A stretch of 64,000 nucleotides of DNA from Okamejei kenojei (lineage: Eukaryota): assembly GCA_035221665.1 (NCBI GenBank), contig CM069136.1:110484001-110548000 (forward strand), written 5' to 3'. Each line of letters begins with the position of its first letter. Position 1 is the stretch's first letter. Below the pieces are notes generated by a model. That model searched no databases, was not told where the DNA came from, and saw only the letters and a program-made list of their open reading frames with translations. Below are positions 50,260 through 63,679 of the stretch, one piece after another. The position numbers and the translations under genes were made by a program.

Positions 50260-51400
50260 ACACTTGCAGATGCTGAAACTCTGAAAAGAAAATAGGAAAT
50301 GCTGGAAACACTCAGCAGGCCAGGCAGCATCTGTGGAAAGAGATACAAATGTTTTATTTAAGAGGGAGTTAGATGTGGCCCTTGTGGCTAAAGGGATCAG
50401 GGGGTATGGAGAGAAGGCAGGTACAGGATACTGAGTTGGATGATCAGCCATGATCATATTGAATGGCGGTGCAGGCTCGAAGGGCCGAATGGCCTACTCC
50501 TGCACCTATTTTCTATGGTTCTTTGATTGACCTTATCAGGCGAAACTTTGAGTATAAGTCGGGAAATTATGTTGCAGCTTTATAGGATTTTGGCTGCATT
50601 TGAAATATTGTGTGTAGTTTAGTTTTAGCTTAGTTTAGTTTAGAGGTACAGCATGGAAACAGGCCCGTCGGCCCACCGGGTCCGCGCTGACCAATGATTC
50701 TCGCACGCTAACACTATCCTACACACACTGGCGACCATTTTTACATTTACTAAGCCAATGAACCTACAAACCTGTACAAATCTTTAGATTGTGGGATGAA
50801 ACCGAAGATCTCGGAGAACACCCTCGTAGGTCACGGGGAGAATGTACAAACTCCGTACAGACAGCACCTGTCGTTGGGATCGAACCCGGGTCTCCGGTGC
50901 TGCATTCGCTGTAAGGCAGCAACTCTACCGCTGCGCCACCGTGCCACCGTTCTGGTCAGCCTGTTGCAGGAAGGATGTGGAGGATTTGGAGAGGGCGCAG
51001 AAGAGGTTAATCAGAATGCTGCCTGGATTCACGTTCATAAGTTCGAAGAGCAAAATTAGGCCATTCAGCCCATCATAGGATTAGAGGGTGTTAACAGTAA
51101 GAAGAGATTGGACAAACTTGGATTGTTTTCCTAGACGTTGAAGATAGGCCTAATAGAAGTATATAAAATTACAAAAAGCATGGATAGGGTAGAAAGTTAG
51201 AACCTTTTTTCCCCAGGGTGGGAATGCCAAAGATTAGAGGGCGTAGCATTAAAGCAAGAGGGACAAAGCTCAATGGGGATGTACAGGACAGTTTTTTTGC
51301 ACAGAGAATGGTGGGTGCCTGGAAAGCACTGCTGGGGGTGGTGGTGGGGACAGGTGCATGAGTGCAAGAGTGACATTTAAGAGGCTAATAGATGAGGACA
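50260..51400. mobile_element. Cluster: Penelope-end remnant, CR1 tail (50357-50522), older CR1 interrupted by HE1 SINE (50620-50950, -)
   Basis: Family motifs as elsewhere in the window; CR1 RKDVEDLERAQKRLIRMLPG resumes after the SINE. Confidence 0.8.
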
Positions 51401-52199
51401 AGAGAATCTGCTGTAGATTAAGAGATATGTAGGAAATACTTCTGCCCCTTTCATTTAAACGGGAGTTTACATAGAATGACAAAAAGATTAATATTCAAAT
51501 TTAGAAGTTAATCTGAATCATATATACATTACTCCACAATATGTAAACTTTTGATCTAATTCCTGCATCTATGGAGCAGTGAATAACTGCTCCATAAATT
51601 TGGCCAATGTAAAATCAGAATTGTTGAAAGAAGAGGGATGCTGGAATAGTTGCCAATAGTTCATTTTCATTGCCTCGTAAAATATAATTATTAGTTCATT
51701 GTATTGCAACCAGTAATAATTTTTTTTAAAAACATATTTAAACTCATTTGCAAGCCCAGTCGCAAATACACAATTTACATTTAGCACCAACGTTTTATAT
51801 CAAGAAACAGCACACAAGCAAATGTGTCACTAAATTGCCAAACACAATTGGATTATTCTGTGTGCCCACCACTGTAATCAATGGGCATGATCATGCAAGC
51901 ATTCCTCTTACACAAAGGAATGAGCAGTATGAAGAAAGCAAATGATTCCTGCACTTGTATTTTCATCAATTAACATCTGGCAAATCAAATCAATGTTTTC
52001 TTGAATTTGCTTGGAGCTAATGTCAGTTCTAAATACAGGTGATGTTGAACAGTAATGGATTATTGATGTTCCGTTTACTATATCTGCGACAGCTAGAAAT
52101 TGTTGCGAGGTGTTACCACAGCATTTATTTCCTGCTGTTCATTCGGTGCTCATCAGCGCAAAGAGCTATGTTTGGTGGAAAATATTAAAATGTACAGTT

Positions 52200-52590
52200 T
52201 TATGTGTGTAAGTATGCACATGTGTTTGTGCATGTGGATGTGAGTCTGTTTATATGCATTTATACATCTGTATGTGTTTGGTATGCATGGCTGAATATAT
52301 ACATGTGTGATTGTATGCTTGCATGTGCAGATGCCTCTGTGTATGCATGAGTATGGCTGTGTGAGCATGTTTGTGCATGCATCGGCATTTGTGTATATGA
52401 TGTGTGTGAAAGTGCATGTATGTGTGTAAAATCCTTCATGTGCTCATGTGCATCTGTGTGTACACACACATGGCATGTTTTTGATTATGCATCCATGCGG
52501 GCATGTCTATCTCTGTATCCTATACATGGCCGTGTGTGTACATGCATGTTTTCCTGTATGTCCATGCATGGATGAAAGTGTTTGTTTTGC
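52200..52590. repeat. Degenerate (TG/TGCA)n alternating purine-pyrimidine low-complexity tract
   Basis: tgtgtgtaagtatgcacatgtg...gcatgtgcag... Confidence 0.8.
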
Positions 52591-53929
52591 CCATGGTGAG
52601 GGGTGTCAGCTAATTTATTTTCTTCAGTTTCATTGTACTCCATTGTCTAAAACAATAATTAAAAGCCAAGGAACATTTAAAATGATTAATAAATGGAAAA
52701 AAAAGGACTTGCATTATCATTCTGCACCAAACCCATCCCCTGGTACCTCATAGGCACAATGTCAAACAAGATACACTGTCGAACCACAAAGAGTGATATT
52801 AACCAGGTGCCTGGTTAACAGTAGAAATGATTTACATCCAGTGAAGTAAATATGAAGTGAAGGGACATTGTAGAGGGTGTAATTATCAGTACTAAGTCAG
52901 ATGCAGCAATCTATGCTGATCAAGAACGGAATTTATCATAATTGTAGTACAAAAACCTCGGTAGTCAAGCACTAGCACATTTCACACTCCTCCTGAACTA
53001 TTTTCAAGGGATTGTAGGTACATATTTGAGAAAATATATGTGTATGAAAGTGTCTTGGAAAATTGCAGAAGAGAAAATACAAATTATTCAATGCCTTTCT
53101 TCAATATTTCAATTTGTGTATTTTGAAATAAGCAGCACCAAAGTTAAACAGATATAAATGGAACACAATTCTTTTAAGGTTCAGATTATCACTGGGCTGT
53201 TTCAGCTTCAGATAACAATTGCTGAGCTCATTCAGTCGTATTTTGAATAGTATAAATGGTACATTACTTTTCATTGTAATTTGACAGATGTGGTATTTAC
53301 ACAGAATCACCAAACAGCAAGCTGTCAATGCTAACCAACGCACTGAACTGTTGCAGAATAAAAATCCATATCTTAAGTCAGAATCAACAAATCATTGCCT
53401 CCAGCGTTCAGGCAAAATTGCAGCGCTGTTAAAATAAAAATGTTTTACACAATATCATAAATCCTTAAAAGTTTCCTGGTTGTAATTAATCTCTATAATA
53501 TTTCTGTATCTGCCTTATGGCATTGTTCTAATCAGTCCACGATAGTTCCTTGTAAACATTTTTTTATGAGGTGCAAAATTAAGTAGTAATTCCTGCTATG
53601 AATAATTAAGGAAACATTCCAACATTTTCATAAATCCTGCCATGATGTTGAGCAAATTGTTATCACGTGGTATTCCAGTTTGTTCAGAGAACACTTTCGA
53701 TTTTTAATAAAAAGTTACAGATTATATTTTTTGCATCGTTTTAAGGAACCTTTGTATTCTAATAAATAAAAATGAACCCAATCTTTAATATATGCAGCTG
53801 AAATTATTGCACTTAGTATCTTATCAAATGGTTTGAGCATTTATTCCACTAACTGTGAAAGGAATTCTAAATTAATGTGTTAATGAACTTAGTTATTAGA
53901 TATCATAAAATGCAATTTTGTTTTAAAGT

Positions 53930-54158
53930 CTACACAGAAAGGATTTGCATTTATATAGCCTCTTTCAACACCTCAATGTGCGTAGATTAATTTACAATCA
54001 ATAGTGTCGCTTCAACAGCTAATTTCTGCACAATGAACTCTCACAAAAGTGAAATGTGGAAATGAGCAGCATTTTTATTTTAATGATGTTGGCTGAAGGT
54101 TACTTTTCATGCAGGATATCAGAGAGAACTGAACTGCTCCCTCTTCAAAATAGTATAT
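53930..54158 (-). mobile_element. Deu-domain SINE 3' part, cut off at the Gypsy LTR
   Basis: ttgcatttatatagcctctttca...tgatgttggctgaagg...ctgctccctcttcaaaatagt. Confidence 0.65.
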
Positions 54159-54396
54159 TGTGGCGGGGACTCGCAGGAGTCCAGCCAAAAACCAGTAGGA
54201 CACGAGTTGTGTGCAATAGACGTGTTTATTCGTTCTGTAATACAGCTCCCTACTCCTCCCCATGACACGAGCGTTGCCCGGCATTAGAATACCAACTCAA
54301 GTACCGACCCCGTGACTCGCGCCTCGGCCACCAAGATGCCGCCCTCTAGACCCGATGGTTCGTTGTGAACTTGGTTTGCTCTGAGGTGCCGCCACA
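54159..54396 (-). repeat. Gypsy 3' LTR
   Basis: tgtggcgg...gccgccaca; AATAAA on the minus strand. Confidence 0.9.
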
Positions 54397-54449
54397 TGAC
54401 CCCCCCCAGAACCAGAGGCAGCGAACCGGAAAGAGGATGTCGCACGAGG

Positions 54450-57400
54450 TGGGTCGAACGCGTAGATACAATCCCACGCCCCGGGGGCCTGCTCAGTTCG
54501 GAAGAATCTCCGGGAGCTTGAAACGGCGGACGCCCGCGACGGGGAGGTTGGGCCACATGGACTGGCTCGCTCAGGTCCAAGTGAGCCGGTTTCAAACGAG
54601 CCACAGCAACCGTTTCATGCCGGTCTCCCATGTCCAAATCGAATGAAGTGGGCCCGCGCTGCAGCACGCGAAAGGGACCTGCAAACGGGCGCTGCAAGGG
54701 CGACCTGTGCGAGTCACGGCGAATAAAAACATACGGGCTGCCCATCAGGGGCAGTGGCACATAGGAAGGGGCCACACCATGACGCCATGTTGGGATGGGA
54801 GACAGGGCGCCGACCCTCTCCCGCAAGCGATCCTGGGACCCATCAGCAGCAAGGACAAACTCCCCGGGGACGGTGAGCGGACCACCATATATCAACTCCA
54901 TGGAGGACGTTGACAGATCCTCCTTGGGGGCCATCCACATCCCCAACAGGACCCACGGCAACTCATCCATCCACCCAGGGCCTGTGAGACGAGCCTTCAG
55001 GGCGGCCTTCAGACAGTGGTGGAACCGCTCAACCAACCCATTTGATTGTGGATGGTACGCTGTCGCATGGTGGAGCTGTTCCCCCAACAGGCGGGCCAGG
55101 GTGGACCACAGTTCAGATGTAAACTGGGCGCCCCAGTCGGAACCCCAAAGCGGGCAATCCAGGCTGCTACGAGGGCACGAGCACACGACTGCGTTGAAGT
55201 GTCCGTGAGCGGGACGGCCTCCGGCCACCGCGTAAATGGTCGCCCACCGTAAGCAGGTGCGAAACACCCTGGGACGGAGGCAGCGGCCCCATGATGTCCA
55301 CGTGTATGTGATCGAACCGCCAGCGTGGCGCTGCAAATTCGTGAACGGGCGCCAGGACATGTCTTTGCACCCTGGGTGACTGGCACGGGATGCACGCCCG
55401 GGCCCAGCGAGCGACCTGCTTTCTGAAGTCCGTGCCACATTGACCTTGCAGCCACCATAGCGACCGTGGCCCGGATGGATGGGAGGGCCAGCCCATGGAC
55501 CACCTCAAACACGCGACGGCGCCAGGCCGCCGACACGATAGGTCTCGGCTGACCCGTGGATATGTCACAGAGGATGGAACCCGAGGGACCCAACGGCATG
55601 TCCTCAAGTAGCAAGCCAGAGATCGCAGTGCAGTACGCCGGCATCTCATTGACCGCCAGCTGGGCAGCCCCCAAGTCGGAGTAATCTATCCCCGAGGCCG
55701 GGTTAAGCACGGCTTCAATTGCCGGATGGGACAAAGCATCCGCCACGAGGTTGCGTTTCCCAGCGATGTGCCGGACGTCCGTTGTATACTACGAGATAGC
55801 TGCCAGCTGGCGCTACTGACGGGTGGACCAAGGATCCGAAACCTTCGCAAAATCAAATAGGAGGGGCCTGTGGTCCGTGAAGGCTACGAAGGAACGGCCC
55901 TCGAGGAAGTACCGGAAGTGCCGCACTGCGAGGTGTAAGGCGAGCAACTCCCGGCCGAAAGCGCTGTAGCGCTGCTCCGCAGACCTCAGTTGACGGCTAA
56001 AGAAGGCGAGAGCCGCCAACGGCCGTTAACGGACTGTTCCAAAACGCCGCTGACCGCAGAGTCCGAGGCATCCACGGTAAGGTGCTGTGGGGGCGTCGGC
56101 AGACAGATGCACGAGCATAGTCGCCCAAGCCAAGGCCTCTTTCGCCCCTTCAAATGCCGCCATGTTGACAGCGTCGTACTGTATCTCCCGTTGCTTGCCT
56201 GTCAGCAACTGAAAAAGCAGCTGCAAAAGTTCGGCAGCCGCCGGAACGAACCGGTGGTAAAATGTGACCATCCCTACGAACTCCCAGAAGCCACGTACTG
56301 TAGCAGTCTGCGGGAACTGGAGGATTGCCTCCACCCTGTCCGCCAGTCACTGCTCCGTGCCGTGTCACCCGATTCCCCAGGATGTTGATGGCCTGAAGGC
56401 CGAATTGGCACTTGCCAAAGTTAATTATGAGGCCATGGTCACTGAGGCGCTAGAAGAGTAGACGCAGGTGGTCACAGTGTTGCTCATGCGAGCGACTTAT
56501 CATCATCCAAGTAGACAAACAGAAAGTCAATCCCGCGCACAACGGTGTCCTTCAGACGCTGAAAGACCTGCGCGGCGTTCTTGAGGCCGAAGGGCATCCG
56601 CAGGAACTCGAACAACCCAAACGGGGTGATAATTGCCATCTTGGGGACACCCTCTGGTCACCCGGGGATCTGGTGATATCCCCGGACTAGCCCTGGCCAA
56701 ATGTGCTGAGAAGTCCTGTATGTGGGGAATAGGGTAACGGTCAGCAGGTCGTGGCCTTGTTAAGGCGGCGGTAGTGCAGTGGGGAGGCCCATGGGCTGTT
56801 GGAGCGTTGAACAATACCCATGGCCTCCATACTCAGAAACTCCACCTTTGCTGTGAGGAGGTTGTCAGGAGCGAGCCTAAAGGCGCGAGCGTGGAGCGGT
56901 GGACCCGATGACAGAATATGGTGCATGTCACCGTGCCTCAGGCTGGCCGAGCCGAACTTGGGGGTGGCAATATCTGGAAACTCAGCCAGGATATGGGCAT
57001 AGACATTGTCCACCGTCGCTACTGGGTTGCTGACCTGCGCTTTGGGCAGTGTGGAGCGCAATGATATCTTCTCCAAAGTTGACGTGTGGATGAGATGTTG
57101 GCCCCTCTCGTCCACGAGGAGCGACTGCACCCACAAGAAATCTGCGCCCAGCAGTGGCTGGGCCACGTCCGCAATGATGGATGGGCAGGTAAAATGGAAC
57201 CCGCCAAAAATGACAGGAACCGTGAGGACGCCATATGTGTGGATTGAACTGCCATTCGCAGCAGTTAACGGGGAGGCCCCTCTTACCTGAACGAAGGTCA
57301 AGTCCAGATGGGGGCAATAGGCTGACCTCCACCCCCGTATCCACCAAGAATCTGAGCCCCGAGCACCGGTCCCAGACATCGATGGATACTGGGCCACGCT

Positions 57401-57863
57401 GCCTTTTCCGGGAAACGAACATGGCTGGCGGTATTGGTGGAGCTCTCGAGGCAACTGCTGCAGGTAGGTAAGTTCAAAGAGTGGACAGGGCAGTTGGTCG
57501 CCCATGAGCGTGAGCATTTTGCTCATGAGGACCGAGGGAATCCGGTCGCCAAGCCCACCCATGTTAAGGACCTGACAGGCGCGCTGCATTCGGCTCGGCC
57601 CATAGATCCGGAGCAGCAGCTCCTTGAGGCCTGCGTACTTCCCCACGACCGGCGGGAATTACCTGACCGGCCGTCTGCTGGTCAAGGGCGCTTACCACGT
57701 AGCGATCGCGAGTCTCGTCAGCTGTAACGCCGCGGATGTGAAATTGGGATTTGGCCTGGCGAAACCAAACGCTGGGCTGCGAGGTCCAAAATGTCGGCAG
57801 CTTCACGGAGGCCGCGTTGAGTTTGGCCTCGTCAGCCTCGTAGGCGGCAGCGGCAGAATGCAT
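54450..57863 (-). pseudogene. Gypsy gag-pol remnant
   Basis: VKLPTFWTSQPSVWF (gag); FLVDTGVEVSLLP (protease); SPWASPLH/YRRLNKAT/DRYPIPHI (RT); RYSAFGRELLA/FTDHRPL (RNase H); RFDHIHVDIMGPLP, AYHPQSNGLVERFH, RPFAGPFRV (integrase); stops, frameshifts and deletions. Confidence 0.92.
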
Positions 57864-57916
57864 TTTTTTATATTTCCCTTCCAGGATTACACTTCTGGGC
57901 ATCGGGGGTCACCAAA

Positions 57917-58137
57917 TGTGGCAGGGACTGTCAAGAGTCCAACCAAAAACTAGTCGGACACGAGTCGGGTGCACTAGACCTGTTTATTCTTCTGTAATGC
58001 AGCTCCCTACTCCTCACCTGACACGGGCGTTGCCCGGCCTTAAATACCAACTCAGGTACCAACCTCCGCCACCAAGATGCTGCCCTCCAGAGCCGATGGT
58101 TGGTCGTGACCTTGGGTTGCTATCAGGTGCTGCCACA
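57917..58137 (-). repeat. Gypsy 5' LTR
   Basis: tgtggcag...ctgccaca; adjacent to the PBS. Confidence 0.9.
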
Positions 58138-58419
58138 AGAGCACCTATTGCAACCATCAGAGAGAGCACCTGGTCCCAACTCCTCCTTTGAACTTAATTA
58201 ACTTCTTCTTTGAAAAAAGAATTTGTGTTCATAGGTCTCTGGTGTGGATCATGAAACTGCAACTTACTCTAATGTAATAATGCGTCAAAAACAGGGGGGT
58301 GTAGGCTTCAGGTGAGGGGAAAAAAACGTTGAGGATCCGAGAGGTACGTTTTTTTTAACCCAGACGAGGGTAATATCTGGACGCACCCCCAGAGGAGTTT
58401 GTGGAATCAGATCCAATCA

Positions 58420-58720
58420 CCGGGACGGCAGAGTAGTGCAGCAGTAGAGTTGCTGCTTTACAGCGCCAGAGACCTGAGTTTGACCCTAATGACAGTTGCT
58501 GCCGGTATGGTTTGTACGTTCTTCTCGTGACGGTGTGGGTTTTCCCCGGGTGCTCCGCTTTCCTCCCACACTCCAAGAAGTACAGGTTTGTAGGTTAATT
58601 GACCGATAAAAATTGTAAATTGTCCCTGGTGTGTAGTGTATGGGGATCGCTGGTCGGCATGGACATGGCGGGCCTAAGGGTCGGTGTTCGGTGCTGTATC
58701 TCTCAATTAAACCAAACAAA
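58420..58720 (+). mobile_element. HE1/V-SINE inside a CR1 remnant
   Basis: gtgcagcagtagagttgctgc..cagcgccagagacc; V domain. Confidence 0.8.
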
Positions 58721-59239
58721 GCTATGCTTAAAAGGCATTTGAACAAACATTTAAACTGGCAAGGCATCTAAGGATACAGTCCTAATCCGGGTAAAACCGT
58801 ATCCGAAATGCATGACTGCAACATCTCATCGACCATGAAGGACAGGGTAATAGACACATGGGAAGCTGCAAGGGAAGCTTCAACTCACAGACCAAATTAA
58901 CTTAAAAATACATTAGCCAAACCTAGATGATTGTTGGGTTCAAATCCTGGGAACTCCTCTGCTACAGCACAGAGCCAACACTTTCACCAGATGGACCACA
59001 ACAGGTTCATCAGTTCATTACCACCTTTCTCAAGAGTGAATAAGGATGGATAATAATTACTGACCCAGCCAGCTATGGTTAAGTTTCATGAAATGAAAAC
59101 AGATACCTATAAATATCTTCAATATAAACTCTGCTCCATTTGAATTTCCGTACACCTCTGTCGAAGCAAGTCAGCAATGCTTTCTGAATTCATAGTTATT
59201 CCTTTTAAACTTATTTCTGAAAATATTTATTTCATCATT

Positions 59240-59820
59240 TATAGGGCCCTAGTGAGACCACACCTGGAGTATTGTGTGCAGTTTTGGTCCCCTAATTTGA
59301 AGAAGGACATTATTGCAATTGAGCGAATGCAGTTACAAGATTAATTTCCGGGATGGCGGGACTGTCATATGCTGAGCGAATGGAGCAGCTGGGCTTGTAT
59401 ACACTGGAGTTTAGAAAGATGAGAGGGGATCTTATTGAAACATATAAGATTATTAAGGGTCTGGACAGGCTAGAGGCAGGAAACATGTTCCCGATGTTGG
59501 GGGAGTTCAGAACCAGGGGCCACTGTTTAAGAATAATGGGTAAGCCATTTAGAATGGAGACGAGGAAACACTTTTTCACACAGAGATGTGAGCCTGTGGA
59601 ATTCTCTGCCTCAGAGGGCGGTGGAGGCTGGTTCTCTGGATACTTTCAAGGGAGAGCTAGATAGGGCTCTTAAAGAAAGTGGAGTCAGGGGATATGGGGA
59701 AAAGGTAGGAACAGGGTACTGATTGGGGCTGATCAGCCATGATCACATTGAATGGCGGTGCTGGCTCGAAGGGCCGAATGGCCTACTCCTGCACCTATTG
59801 TCTATTGTCTATTGTCTATT
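59240..59820 (+). mobile_element. CR1 3' fragment
   Basis: ORF 59353-59664 GLSYAERMEQLGLYTLEFRKMRGDLIETYK; (attgtct)n tail. Confidence 0.92.
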
Positions 59821-60507
59821 ACTACACACTTGAAAATGTATAGTGATTAAATTGCTGGTGGCATCAGCTAACTTTCTAAGCACAGGGCTGTTATATTTAT
59901 ATTTTAAAACAATTTATAGTAATTCCTAACAACTATAAAATAATGAAAGATTGCCATTTATATTAAAGATTAAGCAATTGTGTGTTTGTATGGATGTGAC
60001 ATGAAGTGTTACTAATTTATTTTAAAGGTACCAGTGAGGTTTCGTAGTCATTCCCAATGTTAACACTTAGCTGTTAAGCTACTCTGGGAGAGTGAAATCT
60101 ATCTAATGATAGTTTAACTTTAGGTCCATTTGGGAACTGAGTTGACATGTCAAGAATACTTAAGTTTTTAATGTAAAACAATGTAGTTTTACACACAGGG
60201 AGAAAAATGCAAAAATTATCCTGAAGTGATGCAGCATTTGAAGCATTGCATTGAAACAGTGCATGGGCACTAAACGTCATCCTCATTTTAATAGGCATAG
60301 GGCAAGGACATTCAACACCTCATTTCCCGTTTGCTTTTTTAACTCAATCGTATCATTTTAACTTTGTCTTCCCATTTTATCATTCTTATCCCCAAACTAA
60401 AGTCCACCGGTTTTGCAATTTTCAATCAGGTTTTAGCAATTTGGAAAACAGTTGCAAAGCTGCAGGCACCCCAGTGTGCAGATACAATGATTCTGATGTC
60501 ATCGAAA

Positions 60508-60680
60508 GCAGAGGTTCTCAACCTTTTTTGTCCCGTTTACCCCTGGCAACTTTTTGAAAGTAAATTTACCCCCTCCCTGTCGCAATGAGATTTCGTCCTA
60601 TATTTCACATTATTCGCGATTAAAGCTTTAAACATGCCAACTCTCACAAGATTTTTACATATTCTGATTCACATTTTCCT
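60508..60680 (+). mobile_element. hAT/Charlie-like transposon end
   Basis: cagaggttctcaacctttttt terminus; partner TIR not found. Confidence 0.5.
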
Positions 60681-61089
60681 CCTCTAGGCAGAGAATGCTT
60701 TCACTGAACATTTTATGCTTTATTTCTCAACATTACTGATTAAAGTAAAAAAAAATCAAAATACTTTGATTTCCAAAACGACCAGCTTCAACTGATGACA
60801 CCACAATGGCTCGCCGGACAGTGATGACACAGGAACAGTTTGAACCTTTCACCTCACAGGAGGGGGGAGGGTGAACTGTTATTGCAACATGCAGGGGAAA
60901 TGCAAATGTAATATTGTTCATAGCCCACTGCTCAGGGAGGCAGGGGATTGCTGGAATCTTACGTTCTGGAATGGCTTGAGTTGGAGTCCCACACCTCCCA
61001 TGGGGGCTACGGGCAGGGAACGGATGCGATGGGTCTGCACTTGGTCTATATATATGCCTCTCTCTCTCTCTCTCCCCTATATTTAATTA

Positions 61090-63055
61090 TTCATTTCTTT
61101 TCCAAGGACTTTATTCCACAATTGCATATTACAGCGTAACAAACGTACATAAATGTTCAATGGTTACAATACATCAAGCAGACATTTTAATCCAATGGTG
61201 CAATCAATATTGACAATGCTCTCGATCCCCCGCGGTGCCCAGCATTCACAGAAGGCCTCAAGAGTCCCCGTGGACAATACGTGTGCCCTCTCCAAGGACA
61301 CGCGAGCACGGATATAGGCCCGGAAGAGGGGCAGGCAGCCGACTCTGTTGTGACCATCGACCGCCCGCTGCCTGGACCCATGAATGGCCATCTAGGCCAG
61401 GCCCAGGAGCAAACCGACAGGGAGATCTCACCCCCCCCCCCCCCCCGATCGGCTCTCCCGACTCCCTGCCTTATGCCCAAACACCAGGATCAATAGACAA
61501 TGGACAATAGACAATAGGTGCAGGAGTAAGCCATTTGGCCCTTCGAGCCAGCACCACCATTCAATGTGATCATGGCTGATCATCCCCAATCAGTACCCTG
61601 TTCCTGCCTTCTCCCCATATCCCCTGACTCCGCTATTTTTAAGAGCCCTATCTAGCTCTCTCTTGAAAGCATCCAGAGAACCTGCCGCCACCGCCCTCTG
61701 AGGCAGAGAATTCCACAGACTCACCACTCTCTATGAGAAAATGTGGGAATAAAATGCAACCAGGAGCAGCCCCTTCAGATATTCGTACAGGGGCAGGAAC
61801 CTCACACACTCCATATACGCGTGAACATGGCCCGATGAGCAAATCCGACGGAGCGGGGGTTAAGCTCAGTCAGAACCACTCCAAGCACACGCCTCCCTCG
61901 ACACCCGCCATGACAGGGTGAGGACCAGCCACCCTCGCAGCCACAACACCCCCTTCCCCCTGAGGAGCATCAAGCTGGCTGAAGACAACCAAATTCCTCA
62001 CTCTCAACACATCGCGATAGAAACTAGGTATGGTGGGGCGCCTGATGCCCGCCACTGGGAGCCGGGAACATCCCCCCCCCTTAGGCAACAGTGTGCCATC
62101 TGGGGGGGTTCTCCGCAAACATGTACCTCCGCAGAGTCCTGAGACAGAGAGCCGCCACCTGGGTACGCACGCAGGACTGGCTGCCCTCCTCTAATGGGAG
62201 ACTCAGGACCGCTGTCGAAGCCCAATGCTTCCTATCACCCCAAAAGAAATCCACCAGCTTCTTCTATATTGTAATTACAAAGATAGATGGCGAGACACGA
62301 GTAGCTAGCTAGTAACTTAACATGGAGGCCACCAGCTGGTTTATGACCAGCACCCTACCCTGGAAACGAAGACCTCTAAGCAGGCCTGACCAGCGCCCCA
62401 GCCAGGCAACGACTTTGGTCTCCAGCTCCAACCAGTTCGCCGGCCAAGCATCCTCAGTGAGACTCAGGTAGACCCCCAGGTAGAGGAGGTGCGTGGTGCA
62501 TACGATGTCATCTTCTCCGGCAGGGAGTCCACCTGCCACTGGCCCACCAAAAGTCCAGAACATTTACTCCAGTTAATCCTGGCGGACGATGAAGCCGAGA
62601 AAACCTGCTGGCAGTCACGCATCCTCCGCAGGTCAACAGGGTCGGAGAACATAAGAAGTACATCATCGTCATTAGCCAAGAGAACCACCTCCACCACCGG
62701 TCCTGGTAGATCCAGGCCTGCCAACCGCCTCCGAAGAAGACACAGGAACGGCTCCACACAGACCAAGTACAACTGACCAGACATGGGGCACCACTGACAA
62801 ACCCCCCCCGTCCCAAAGTGAATGGGAGCCAACAACACACCATTAACCTTCACGAGACACTCCACTGCAGTGTACAAAAGCCGGACCCGGGCCGCAAAAT
62901 GCAAAAATGCAGTCCAAATCCGAACGCATGCAGCATCCCAATTAGGTAGCCATGATCCACCCTGTCAAAGGCCTTCTCCTGATCAAGGGACAGAAAAGCA
63001 GCTGCCTGACCAGTACCCTGAGATAGATGAATCAGGTCCCGAACCAGGGGGATAT
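61090..63055 (-). mobile_element. Tx1-clade LINE ORF2 remnant, interrupted by a CR1 tail (61490-61735)
   Basis: AAFLSLDQEKAFDRVDH, AFGFG, CPMSGQLY..CVEPFL, LANDDDVL, SSARINWSKCSGL, GRVLVINQLVASML, RARVSLER. Confidence 0.9.
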
Positions 63056-63094
63056 TATGGGCCTGTCCCACTTATGTGACTTTTTCAGCGACTG

Positions 63095-63292
63095 CCCCCC
63101 TCCCCTCGCCCTACTCACCATCAACAACACCACAGTCACATCTGTGGAGTCTTTTATGTTCCTGGGACCCATCATCACCAAGGACCTTAAGTGGGGGGCT
63201 ACCATTGGCTCCACAGTCAAAATGGCTCAACAGAGGACGTATTTCCTGTGGCAGCTGAGGAAGCACAATCTGCCACAGGCAATAATGGTCTG
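63095..63292 (+). mobile_element. Rex1/Babar RT C-terminal fragment
   Basis: LTINNTTVTSVESFMFLG.IITKDLKW....VKMAQQR.YFL.QLRK. Confidence 0.85.
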
Positions 63293-63679
63293 TTAATTCT
63301 GGCCAAATTGGAGAGGCCAGGACACTAAAATTGAGAAAAGGCTTCTGGGCTGCTAGGCCATTTGGTCAATTTAAATGTGCCTTCTGCAGACAAATGACAA
63401 TCTGAAGAATGTTGCCAGTTTGTCTAGAGCCTAGATAAGAGCCGCAGGAAGAGAATGTAATCATCTGCAGACTGTTACAATTAGGTGCAAATTACATGGA
63501 ATGGATTGGATGAATGCAAACCAGACATGCACATTGTATATAATATTGCAAAGCTTTAGTTTGCTAGATGTTGATTGTATTAAGTATTGAGCCTTGTCTG
63601 GGTTTCTTGAATATCTGGGTAAATGTTGCAATACTTGCTTCCTCTCAGAAGCACCATTTGAATACATTGTATTGGTCAC

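Larger units (their letters stand above)
54159..58137 (-). mobile_element. Ty3/Gypsy LTR retrotransposon (CsRn1-like), decayed
   Basis: TG...CA LTRs at 54159-54396 and 57917-58137; PBS TGGTGACCCCCGATG (tRNA-Trp-like) 57900-57914; G-tract PPT at about 54400; gag-PR-RT-RH-IN order. Confidence 0.95.

Noticed and set aside
54284-55438. 384-aa ORF as a domesticated integrase
   Set aside because: The frame is mosaic (integrase motifs split across frames) and lies within a decayed LTR element
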